Below are positions 1-7,945 of a DNA stretch of 15,953 nt, piece by piece. Origin of the DNA: Promethearchaeota archaeon. GTDB lineage: Archaea; Asgardarchaeota; Lokiarchaeia; Sigyniarchaeales; SOKP01. Made by a program: the position numbers and the translations under genes. The notes beneath the pieces are model-generated. The model searched no databases and was not told where the DNA came from. It saw only the letters and a list, made by a program, of their open reading frames with translations. Numbering within the stretch: the first letter of the stretch is position 1; each line of letters begins with the position of its first letter. The stretch covers positions 1 to 15,953 of the forward strand of contig JBHLNT010000092.1 of the NCBI GenBank assembly GCA_048941265.1, read 5' to 3'.

Positions 1-176
1 GGATCATCTAGCTCTGGAACTTTTCTTCCCATTTTTGGAAATGAGTTTAATTTTTCAACTTTTTCTTGCAGTTGTTCGAAAAATAATGATGCATATTGAG
101 GTGAGTCTTGAGCAATATAATCAATAATTTCAAGCAAATCGTTTTCTGCTATGGCTGCCCATTCTATTTCGACCAT
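1..176 (-). CDS. ParE/RelE-family type II toxin, runs off the window at its 3' end (not in the ORF track)
   Basis: Manual translation from ATG at 176: MVEIEWAAIAENDLLEIIDYIAQDSPQYASLFFEQLQEKVEKLNSFPKMGRKVPELDD. This is the typical ParE pattern (W...A..DL..I..YIA.D.P..A...L..FP.MGR.VPE). It overlaps the upstream small gene by 13 nt. Confidence 0.9.
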   Translation of the reverse strand, partial: MVEIEWAAIAENDLLEIIDYIAQDSPQYASLFFEQLQEKVEKLNSFPKMGRKVPELDD

Positions 177-364
177 TTTTCTAGTCTCTTCTTAACATTA
201 TCCATAACTTGTTCATGAGGAATTGATTTGCCTTGCTCAACTTCTTGAAGACCTATTAATATTTTTTTTTTAACATAAAGATGATACATGATATCATCTA
301 AAGTAGCGTCTTCAGGTAACTTTTTTATTAGGTCAATGACTTCTTCTTTTAGATTTGTAGTCAT
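164..364 (-). CDS. Antitoxin of the ParE/RelE pair
   Basis: 66 aa, immediately upstream of and overlapping the toxin. LPEDATLDDIMYHLYV...GL.EVEQGK.IPHEQV resembles small antitoxins that precede ParE. Confidence 0.8.
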   Translation of the reverse strand: MTTNLKEEVIDLIKKLPEDATLDDIMYHLYVKKKILIGLQEVEQGKSIPHEQVMDNVKKRLEKWSK

Positions 365-542
365 AAGTTATCACTATTTAAATGGTTTTTTGTACTTTTA
401 TAATTTCTGATTTTATTCATTGTATCATATTCAATTTTATAATTAAATTATAGTATTTTAAAAAACCTATTATGAAGACGTTTTTTTGTTAGAGATAATA
501 ATAGATTGGTGAATAATTAATCCTATATTCTTTAAAAACCCA

Positions 543-577
543 TCAGAAGGAGGCAAGCACGGCGGGAGGGAAGTAAT
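543..577. repeat. GC-rich intergenic repeat, copy 1
   Basis: tcagaaggaggcaagcacggcgggagggaagtaat; 31/35 identical to 8972-9006. Confidence 0.85.
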
Positions 578-630
578 AGAGTAAATTACAACTTTTTTAT
601 AGTTTCTAATTATCCTTCCATTTTTTTTCA

Positions 631-1017
631 TTAAAAATCTTGATATTTAATTTTAGATAAATAAGGTTTAAATTCTCCAATACTCTTAAAATCTTTAATT
701 TTTTTTTTTATTAAAATAGCACCAGCTTCGTTTTTTGTGTATTCTTCAGGATCAAGCTCAGTATCTAAAATAGTTTTAGAGGGATCTATTTCTTGTGATT
801 CAATTAATCTTTCCATCACCTCTTTTTTAAAAGTAATAGTAATTAAAGCAGCTAAAATTTCTCCTTCCTTTCCAAATACCTTACCATCTCTATAACGCAG
901 ATTACCGTTAATTATTATATAGTTACCAGGATATATATCTTCATGTTCCATAATAGTATTCCAAACTTTTTCAAAATCATTTTTTGAATTTATAATATGT
1001 ATCCATCCGTATACCAA
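631..1017 (-). CDS. Hypothetical 128-aa protein, candidate cognate immunity protein for the Ubl-nuclease
   Basis: TTG start with GGTGA 6 nt upstream. It lies directly downstream of and co-oriented with 1100-2347. The function is inferred from position only. Confidence 0.6.
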   Translation of the reverse strand: MVYGWIHIINSKNDFEKVWNTIMEHEDIYPGNYIIINGNLRYRDGKVFGKEGEILAALITITFKKEVMERLIESQEIDPSKTILDTELDPEEYTKNEAGAILIKKKIKDFKSIGEFKPYLSKIKYQDF

Positions 1018-1099
1018 ATTTTTTCACCAATTAATTATATATGATTTCGATAACGCAAATTCTATTAATAAAATTATTTTTTAACATTTTTTTTTTGTA

Positions 1100-2347
1100 T
1101 TATAATTTTCTCCAATTTTTATATGGTACATCTTTTGTCTCTATTGTAATTCCAGTTAGTTCTTTAAATTTATTAAATTCAGCAATAATATAATTTTGTC
1201 TTTCATGAGGTTCTTTGCTGTATGGTACTTCAATTAAATAATAACCTTCTATATTTTTGTCTTTAAACATATTACGTTTAAAATTATCTCTTCGTAATAA
1301 TTCTTGCCATTTTTTATAAAGCAGTTCATATTCAGTAGAACCAGCTTCTAGATTAAATTGTCTCGAGACTGCTTTATAAGCTTCAAATCCTATTTCCTCC
1401 TTAGGATCATGTTGTTGACCTTGAAATTCTATTGCAAGTTTAATATAATTACCATTTTTATCTTTGATATTTAATTCAAAATAACCATCAACATGAACAG
1501 CATGATGGATTCTGCCTTCTAACTCTGGAAATATTTTTATAAGGCTGTGTTCTGTTTTATAATTACCTTCAATATAACCTAAATAATCAAAAACATATTT
1601 AGCAATAGCATTTGTAATTTTCTGATTAACTAATCGACTATCACATATCGGACACGCCCCTATATTTCTTTCAATATTATGACGTGTATTCTCCCACACA
1701 TGCCCGCATGGATCTCCATTCTTTTTAGCACCATGTTTCCATTCTAGAATTGCATATCTTTTTGGAACTCCATTTTTTAGTTTTTTTAAGGCTTGTTTAA
1801 ATTCAAATTCATCGGATATTAATATTAATCCTTTTTCTTCTGCTAAATTTAGAGCTTTATTATATTCTGCTAGTTCTTTTGAATCTAATATTGGGCGATT
1901 TAAAATTTTCGCCTGAGCGGCTTCAAAAGTATTAACACCATAGTGAGTTTGGAAGGATCTTTTAATTAATTCTTCATCTCCATCAAAAAGTTTAAATAAT
2001 TCTTCTTTCGTGAGACCTTCTTTGATCAATTTCTCAACTCTTTGTTTTTTGAATACGGGGGCAGAACCTGCTTGTTCACCTATTACCATAATAACATCAT
2101 CAGGTTTAAGGCGAAGTTCGGCAATTTTCATGGAGTTAGGTATCACTTTTCCGTTGATAATAAACTTATAATCTAAAATTTGGTTGAGTTCAAGTTCATT
2201 TATAATATCTTCCTTAATGTCTTCAAAGCTAGCTTTTGAATTTTCGATGGCGATTGCTCTTATTGCTTGACCTGGAGAAGCTCCTACAATTCTAAAATTA
2301 ATGGTTTTTCCATTGTTTTCGGATAGGAAATTTACCCTTCCATTCAC
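1100..2347 (-). CDS. Ubl-domain fusion with Zn-ribbon and PD-(D/E)xK (DUF559/Vsr-like) nuclease; candidate toxin
   Basis: GTG start with GGTGA 4 nt upstream. Residues 1-95 show a beta-grasp pattern (F.I.NGK.I...I.EL.L...D.I.VI.EQAGS). CGHVW...CPIC is a Zn ribbon. HVDGYFEL...LAIEFQGQQH...RDNFKR...LIEVPY are restriction-fold nuclease motifs. Confidence 0.75.
   Translation of the reverse strand: MNGRVNFLSENNGKTINFRIVGASPGQAIRAIAIENSKASFEDIKEDIINELELNQILDYKFIINGKVIPNSMKIAELRLKPDDVIMVIGEQAGSAPVFKKQRVEKLIKEGLTKEELFKLFDGDEELIKRSFQTHYGVNTFEAAQAKILNRPILDSKELAEYNKALNLAEEKGLILISDEFEFKQALKKLKNGVPKRYAILEWKHGAKKNGDPCGHVWENTRHNIERNIGACPICDSRLVNQKITNAIAKYVFDYLGYIEGNYKTEHSLIKIFPELEGRIHHAVHVDGYFELNIKDKNGNYIKLAIEFQGQQHDPKEEIGFEAYKAVSRQFNLEAGSTEYELLYKKWQELLRRDNFKRNMFKDKNIEGYYLIEVPYSKEPHERQNYIIAEFNKFKELTGITIETKDVPYKNWRKL
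2298..2336. repeat. 39-bp perfect direct repeat, copy 1 (candidate attL)
   Basis: ttaatggtttttccattgttttcggataggaaatttacc, identical to 13096-13134. Confidence 0.85.
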
Positions 2348-2370
2348 GTTTTCACCGGATTTCAGAGAGA

Positions 2371-2378
2371 TTTAAATA
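2371..2378. promoter_or_regulatory. Archaeal TATA box in the 72-bp divergent intergenic region
   Basis: TTTAAATA (TATTTAAA on the minus strand). The same octamer occurs in the paralogous intergenic region at 13169-13176. Confidence 0.55.
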
Positions 2379-2419
2379 CTTGTGTCCCGTTCATTTCGTA
2401 AAAAGCTATATGGAAAAAA

Positions 2420-2938
2420 ATGAGGAAGAAAATGAAAACAAAAGGAGAGAAGTACAATTATGTATACATGCAATTTGCGGTTTCTCCAAGTGAGAGAAAT
2501 TTGATAAAATCAATGGCAGAAAAGGAAAGATATAAAACGACTTCTGAATTTTTAAGAAGACTTATTTTTGATTATATCAGAAGAGAAGAGAATCCCGAAC
2601 TTATCAATGGTACCAATGATGGCAATTTAAATTCAATTATTTTAGAAGATATCTCAAAAAATATCAGAGAAGCTCTGAAAAACCAGGAAATCATACTGGA
2701 CCGGGAGGACGCATTTGAACAGATGAGAAAAATGGTAGTAAATATCCATAAACTCGTTGAGGCAGGTTCGTTAGAGGAAGAACGTAATATTATCACTCAG
2801 TTGTTAAAAGAACATAATTCTCTTACTATACATATGATTCAAGAAGAAACTGGATTACCCAAAGATGTAATCTTCAAAATTATTTCCGATATGAACATTT
2901 TTAAATTAACTACAACAGGGAGGTTTACCCTCCGATGA
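2420..2938 (+). CDS. Ribbon-helix-helix + coiled coil + winged-HTH DNA-binding protein
   Basis: N-terminal YMQFAVSPSERNLIKSMAEKERYKTTSEFLRRLIFDYI is CopG/RHH-like. C-terminal LTIHMIQEETGLPKDVIFKII...TTTGRF is wHTH-like. ATGA overlap with the integrase; paralog of 13208-13726. Confidence 0.75.
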   Translation: MRKKMKTKGEKYNYVYMQFAVSPSERNLIKSMAEKERYKTTSEFLRRLIFDYIRREENPELINGTNDGNLNSIILEDISKNIREALKNQEIILDREDAFEQMRKMVVNIHKLVEAGSLEEERNIITQLLKEHNSLTIHMIQEETGLPKDVIFKIISDMNIFKLTTTGRFTLR

Positions 2939-3849
2939 CTAAAGTCACCAATCAACAAATCATCGATCGTTATTTGGATAGGTTTAAACACTCCAAGCCA
3001 TCAGTAGCGTCTAGAAAATACTCACTTCAATATTTCTTCCAGGATCGGTATTTTGGCTATAAGGGTCATGTATTTGATATTAAAAAGCAGGATGTTATAG
3101 ATTACTTTGATTATTTGAATGACTTGGACACAATCTGCTTAGTAACCAAGGAACATAAATGGACTTATTTTAGAACATTTCTAAAATTTGTAATGGAGTA
3201 TTACGATGATTTTATCATTGTAATTCCCCATTATAGTATAAAGTGGAAACCGATTCATAAAAAACCTGATTCTAATAAAGATGTTGTGATGAGTAAAGAT
3301 GAAGTAAAACAAATTTTGGAACATTCATATCAGCATAATTACCAATATTACATCATGGTTCGTCTTTTAACAGAAACGGGGATGCGCCGTGGAGAGCTCC
3401 TCAGCATTAATACTCAAGATGTAGACGTTAAAAGAAGATTTATAGAAACCCAAGGAAAAACGGGAAGGAATGTTTATTATTATTCAATAGGACTAGCGAA
3501 GCATTTAACCATCTATTTAAAAGAGAGAATATTAAAGGATGTTCCCAATGAAGCACTATTTCTCTCAAAATATAAGGAAAGGTATTCACCCCGCTCTATA
3601 AATAATTATTTATCCAATTGTACGGACCGATTAAATATCAATAAGCGGATTTCAACCCACACCTTTAGGAGAACATTAAATACATTAAGAAAATTGATGG
3701 GATGTCCTAGTGAAGACCGTAAAATTCTATTATGTCATAAGGTCAATGACGTGAATTTCAGCTGTTATGTGAAGTTGAATTACAATGACTATATTAATCT
3801 CTATGATAAATGGAACCCCTACAAAAACTTATTTGAATCCAGTTCGTGA
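2935..3849 (+). CDS. Tyrosine recombinase/integrase (XerC/D-like fold)
   Basis: Full catalytic set visible: ETGMRRGEL (R), QGKTG (K), HTFRR (HxxR), LLCH (H), SCYVK (Y). 304 aa including an N-terminal core-binding region. Confidence 0.95.
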   Translation: MTKVTNQQIIDRYLDRFKHSKPSVASRKYSLQYFFQDRYFGYKGHVFDIKKQDVIDYFDYLNDLDTICLVTKEHKWTYFRTFLKFVMEYYDDFIIVIPHYSIKWKPIHKKPDSNKDVVMSKDEVKQILEHSYQHNYQYYIMVRLLTETGMRRGELLSINTQDVDVKRRFIETQGKTGRNVYYYSIGLAKHLTIYLKERILKDVPNEALFLSKYKERYSPRSINNYLSNCTDRLNINKRISTHTFRRTLNTLRKLMGCPSEDRKILLCHKVNDVNFSCYVKLNYNDYINLYDKWNPYKNLFESSS

Positions 3850-3868
3850 AACATCACTCTTTGCAAAC

Positions 3869-3887
3869 AGCGCCGGTATCCGGCGCT
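3869..3887. other. GC-rich hairpin downstream of integrase 1 (terminator or recombination-related)
   Basis: agcgccgg-tat-ccggcgct is a perfect 8-bp stem. A third arm, gcgccgga, lies at 3896-3903. Confidence 0.5.
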
Positions 3888-4063
3888 ACTCAAGGGCGCC
3901 GGAAAGTCCCACAATGATAAATGTAGGACAATATTAGTTCAATTATCTGGATTAAGTTATTCTCCGCACGTGTTAGTATTATATTATATATAATAAAATT
4001 CCGTATAAAAAAAATTAGGAGCGTTGGAGGATTCTATTTAATTTTTCGATCAAATTATAACCG

Positions 4064-4261
4064 TCAGGTTTGGGGATTATCGAAATATTCATCAATAAAA
4101 TGAGTTTTAGACTGCTTAATTATCTTCCATGCTTTAATTAGGTCTTTTTGTAGCCTCTTCCTCTGTAAGTTATCTTTTTTCAATTGAACCAATAATTTAG
4201 CTCGCTTTAAACGTTTCTGATCAAACCATTTTCTAAAGTTTTTTTTCTCTTCGTTGCTCAT
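4064..4261 (-). CDS. Small basic hypothetical protein
   Basis: 65 aa, ATG start, K/R-rich and helical; 23 nt downstream of 4285-4707. Confidence 0.55.
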   Translation of the reverse strand: MSNEEKKNFRKWFDQKRLKRAKLLVQLKKDNLQRKRLQKDLIKAWKIIKQSKTHFIDEYFDNPQT

Positions 4262-4284
4262 CGAAGTGTAATCTAAAATGTCTA

Positions 4285-4707
4285 TTAATCCCTCAACTCA
4301 AATTTGTAATCTGTACTGAAATCTCCTCCCAGCTTTTCCATAGTAAACTTATGTGTATTTAAATTTTCGAAATTAGACACTAAGAATTGGGCAAATTTCT
4401 GTGATGCTTTATTACCTAATTCCAAAAAACAAATATTATCACCTTTAATCGAGGGAATTCTTCCATGGTTCTTTTCATTTGTCATCTTAATATAATATAA
4501 TATTGTTCTAGTCGTAATCTCGAAGTCCATGAATTCAATGGCAAATTGCCATCTTGCACCTGTTAGTTTGCCATCATAAGTTTTTTCTATAAGCATTGGT
4601 GGTTGATTAATATCTAGAAGATGGAAGCTATATTTAATTCCACTAGAAATGGGGATGAAAATGCCATTTTCAATTTTTAAATCATTTAACTGCTTTAAAT
4701 ATTCCAT
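4285..4707 (-). CDS. Hypothetical protein, possibly a phage-type OB-fold ssDNA-binding protein
   Basis: 140 aa, beta-rich. C-terminal FTMEKLGGDFSTDYKF resembles the (R/K)xGxG..T.Y motif of gp32-like SSBs. AAAGGA lies upstream of the ATG. Confidence 0.45.
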   Translation of the reverse strand: MEYLKQLNDLKIENGIFIPISSGIKYSFHLLDINQPPMLIEKTYDGKLTGARWQFAIEFMDFEITTRTILYYIKMTNEKNHGRIPSIKGDNICFLELGNKASQKFAQFLVSNFENLNTHKFTMEKLGGDFSTDYKFELRD

Positions 4708-4778
4708 TATTCCTTTCTCCGATTTTTATTTTTTCTTTGTTCGATTGTAGTTATGATAAAATCTATTAATTTTATTAA

Positions 4779-4812
4779 TAGTACAAACTAATGTATTTAA
4801 CTTTTTGTACTA
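4779..4812. promoter_or_regulatory. Inverted repeat (operator-like) upstream of 4285-4707
   Basis: tagtacaaa-N16-tttgtacta; the spacer contains the TATA-like tatttaa. Confidence 0.45.
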
Positions 4813-5474
4813 CACAAGCCATGTAACTAATTTTAATTATGATTGCATAATGCTTTCCTTTTACAAAGTAAATAATCTAATGAATCCTTTTTGATAAAAC
4901 TGAACGGAAATGTAAATCTTTTGAGAATTGGTCTATTGATTCACGAAAATTGAATGTAGTGTAAATCTTAATTGCCGTACGAAAACAGTACTTCAAGAGA
5001 AATCTGTTGATCTCTATATAGAATTAACAAAACTCAAGTAGTATTTTAACTCGTAGTGTCAAAGAGCGTACTTAATCTCTCAAAAAGTGAATTTATTTTT
5101 GTGCGTACATTGTAGGGACAACTTCTTATAATATTAATTTCGGATGATAGGAGTTTCACGAAAAAAATGTTCTTTTTGAATTTTCACGTTTACATAAAGC
5201 ACGGAAAATTGGTTTTATTTAGCAATATTAACCCGATCTTGATTGCGAAGATTTTTAATAATCTTTTTTTTTGTTTATTATAATGTTATCAAAAATATAT
5301 CTCTTAATGAAATTAAGAAAAAAACATTGTTATATAAAAGATTATTATTTGAGTGAATGCTAACTTTTTGTGCTGATAATGTTTCAAATGTATGGAAAAA
5401 ATTTGAGGATACGAAATAAGTGAGCAAATGCTCTTTAATATAGAATTTAGAGAGGTATAAGGTGAAGAACAAAT

Positions 5475-6191
5475 ATGACTGAACCAGAGTCAAATAAGGA
5501 AGAAATGAGTATTGATTTAAATCCAGAATTCAGATTTATGATGACTATGAATTTAGATGTATTTTTTAAGTCATGTAAAGTCAACTTTTTTGTCGAAACG
5601 GCACGCGACCGATTCATAATATGGTATCAAACGCCGGACCGTCAAATTTACAGCCCTCTAATGATTACCTTTAAACAAGTCCTAAGAGGTGATTTAACTC
5701 ACAAGCATTGCGATTTGAGGTACAAAATAAGGGGTAATTTGATTTCGATATTCAAGAAATGGTATCCCGAAATGAACATTAAAAAATATCAGAATGAAAT
5801 CGTGGAAAAATTCGCATTTCAAATTAATAATTTAGCCCTTAATTTTATTGAAGCTAGACAACAAATTGAACTTGAACTCGGACCGCTTCCCCAAGCTTTT
5901 TCAACTTTTCTAGAAATTAATTTGCCCAAAACGAGCGAAAGATTAGATATCATTGATAGGAACGCGCTAAAAATGTACAATGAAAAAGCCCAAGCCAACC
6001 GATGGTTAAAAATTAGAGATCTTGATGAGTTGGCATATTATATATCACAAAAACTCCCCGAATATAAATGTAGCGCCGCCCGAAAGGTCTATCGAGACAT
6101 AAATGAAATTAGGCAAAGAAGAAAGATAGTTATGTGCGATTTTCAATCCATCGCCAATGAAATCAGCAATAGATTAGATCAATTAAAGTAG
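5475..6191 (+). CDS. Hypothetical 238-aa protein
   Basis: ATG with GGTGA upstream (aaggtgaagaacaaatATG). No family recognised. Confidence 0.7.
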   Translation: MTEPESNKEEMSIDLNPEFRFMMTMNLDVFFKSCKVNFFVETARDRFIIWYQTPDRQIYSPLMITFKQVLRGDLTHKHCDLRYKIRGNLISIFKKWYPEMNIKKYQNEIVEKFAFQINNLALNFIEARQQIELELGPLPQAFSTFLEINLPKTSERLDIIDRNALKMYNEKAQANRWLKIRDLDELAYYISQKLPEYKCSAARKVYRDINEIRQRRKIVMCDFQSIANEISNRLDQLK

Positions 6192-6239
6192 TGATCCTCC
6201 CATCTTATCATGGAATTAGTGAAGAAAACCAAGAAATGT

Positions 6240-6412
6240 AAATGGCGTTTTAAAACAAAAAAATTAAAAAAAAATTGCGGGAATAACATTTCATTTTTTC
6301 AACAAAAAATCATTACTCATACAAAAAATTAAAAAAATTGTTATCATTAAAAAATACCCTAGATGTGATATTTTCCATTCTTTTTTTTTTTCTTAACTTG
6401 AAAACGCCATTT
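6240..6412. repeat. 173-bp segment bounded by 12-bp perfect inverted repeats
   Basis: aaatggcgtttt (6240-6251) and aaaacgccattt (6401-6412), with an internal A-tract direct repeat at 6255-6277 and 6321-6340. Confidence 0.55.
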
Positions 6413-6531
6413 TAAACTAGAGGGCTTGGTTCATTATTCTAATCTAGTTACTGTTATTTGATAAAAAGATAAAATACATATTTTTGAATCATTTTTTATA
6501 TATTGAAAATAAATTCTACTTGTGAATAATA

Positions 6532-7194
6532 ATGAAAATTGAATCTTATGAACCATTCCACATTGGATCTAAATTCATTTACTATGTCGATAAAGCTCAT
6601 TTACTAGCAAAATTATATGAGTACTACGTAACTAATAAGGATAAAGGTTTTGAATTATATTCTGATATTCCTAGAGGAGATCAGCCTTTTTTACCCATTC
6701 TTAATATCTTATCAAATCCTAAAGAAAAATTAACCCTTCAAATGAATCTTACTGCTAACGCATTAAATGTTATTGGTAATGATCCAAAAAAGGTAGTAGA
6801 ATTCTTTATTAAATTAATGAGAAATTTACCAGATTTAGGTTTTGAATTAGATTCAACATTTACTTTTTATGAAATTCTTACAAATATAATATTATTATTA
6901 GACGCAGAAGATAAGACCCCTGTTGAGATATTTAATAAATTTTCTTCAAATATTTTTGAAAACCTAGAAGATCTTCCAAATTTAAATGTAAATTATATTA
7001 GATTTTCAGACGAACTAGTATCAAAAGAAAGTGACGAGCGATTTAATTTTGAAATAATCCCTAATCAAACTAGTCCAAATAAGAGAATTATTTTAAAAAT
7101 TCTTAAAAGAGTTAAAGATTATCAAGAATTAATAAAGTTCCAAGAAAGATTAAATAATATAGTACAAAAGATTTTTGAAAAGTTGGTGAAATAA
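6532..7194 (+). CDS. Hypothetical 220-aa alpha/beta protein, first gene of a three-gene operon
   Basis: ATG start; its stop abuts the next ATG (TAAATG). Only vaguely reminiscent of TIGR04255-like proteins. Confidence 0.7.
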   Translation: MKIESYEPFHIGSKFIYYVDKAHLLAKLYEYYVTNKDKGFELYSDIPRGDQPFLPILNILSNPKEKLTLQMNLTANALNVIGNDPKKVVEFFIKLMRNLPDLGFELDSTFTFYEILTNIILLLDAEDKTPVEIFNKFSSNIFENLEDLPNLNVNYIRFSDELVSKESDERFNFEIIPNQTSPNKRIILKILKRVKDYQELIKFQERLNNIVQKIFEKLVK

Positions 7195-7932
7195 ATGGAT
7201 ATCTGCCAATTTGACGAACCTCTAATTGCAACAAACCAGAAACCCAATCCTCTAATTGTTAAGCACGAGTCGAGTACATCGACTCGAAAAGATTTTCAAT
7301 ATCAGAATAATACTTCATCAACGACTCTTTCCTTTGAATTAGAAACTAGTGGTATAAGAGAAGATCCAATACCTACTACTGCCTCATTTGACTATAAAGA
7401 ATTTACAAGTAATTTGGAACCAATCATAACATCCATGTACAATATAAATGCGATCCTAAAACCATTACTACAGATACAATGTGCTTTAGAACCTTTAATA
7501 GAGATACAGAGATCGCTAAGACCTATGCTTGAAATGCAGAGGCAATTAGAACCGTTAATAGAAATAAATTCATTTCTTGAACCATTGATTAGGATTCAAA
7601 CATCAATCGAAAATCTTATAAAATTATCACATTTAGGAATTGATGAAACTAATGATTCTCAGGAAAATGAAGTACTTGAAAAGACTTCAAAAATTAATTT
7701 GGAGCCAATGATCAAAGATCAGCAGCACTTTAAAAATTTTTATGATCGTGAAAAATGGGTTGAAAACCAAAGAAAAAACTACCCTAAAGAACTGATTGCA
7801 TATATCAAAAAGAATGGAGAATTTGTGTTAATTGCTCATTCTAAAATTGAAAAAGAACTTCTTAAACAAATAGATATGCTCTTTGAAAAAAATGTTATTG
7901 ATCAAGAAGATATTATTTACTTTGATAGTTAA
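7195..7932 (+). CDS. Protein with 10-aa tandem repeats and a DUF5678-like C-terminus
   Basis: L(E/K/R)P(L/M)xxIQxx repeats with a 30-bp period from 7456. C-terminal WVENQRKNYPKELIAY...LIAHS resembles the small domains that precede clan AA proteases. Confidence 0.65.
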   Translation: MDICQFDEPLIATNQKPNPLIVKHESSTSTRKDFQYQNNTSSTTLSFELETSGIREDPIPTTASFDYKEFTSNLEPIITSMYNINAILKPLLQIQCALEPLIEIQRSLRPMLEMQRQLEPLIEINSFLEPLIRIQTSIENLIKLSHLGIDETNDSQENEVLEKTSKINLEPMIKDQQHFKNFYDREKWVENQRKNYPKELIAYIKKNGEFVLIAHSKIEKELLKQIDMLFEKNVIDQEDIIYFDS

Positions 7933-7945
7933 GGTTAATTAAAGA

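Noticed and set aside
480-630. Classical integron attC sites and IntI
   Set aside because: No paired RYYYAAC...GTTRRRY boxes or long hairpin around the repeat. The integrases show no obvious IntI-specific insertion between the K and HxxR motifs.
2572-2796. Antisense ORFs 2572-2796, 7939-8157, 9284-9481, 10397-10654, 11611-11829, 11971-12180, 12343-12669, 13471-13737 and 15333-15515
   Set aside because: They lie opposite well-supported genes and have the S/L/I/F-rich composition typical of shadow frames.
2935-3849. Naming the recombinases xerA/xerC
   Set aside because: Two paralogs in mobile-type context, an atypical LCH motif and coupled regulators point to element integrases, not the chromosomal resolvase.
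3860-3915. tRNA or tRNA-fragment att site
   Set aside because: GC-rich, but no cloverleaf or T-loop GTTCRA consensus on either strand.
5278-5493. 71-aa minus-strand ORF
   Set aside because: It overlaps the start and promoter of 5475-6191 and is a low-complexity translation of AT-rich DNA.
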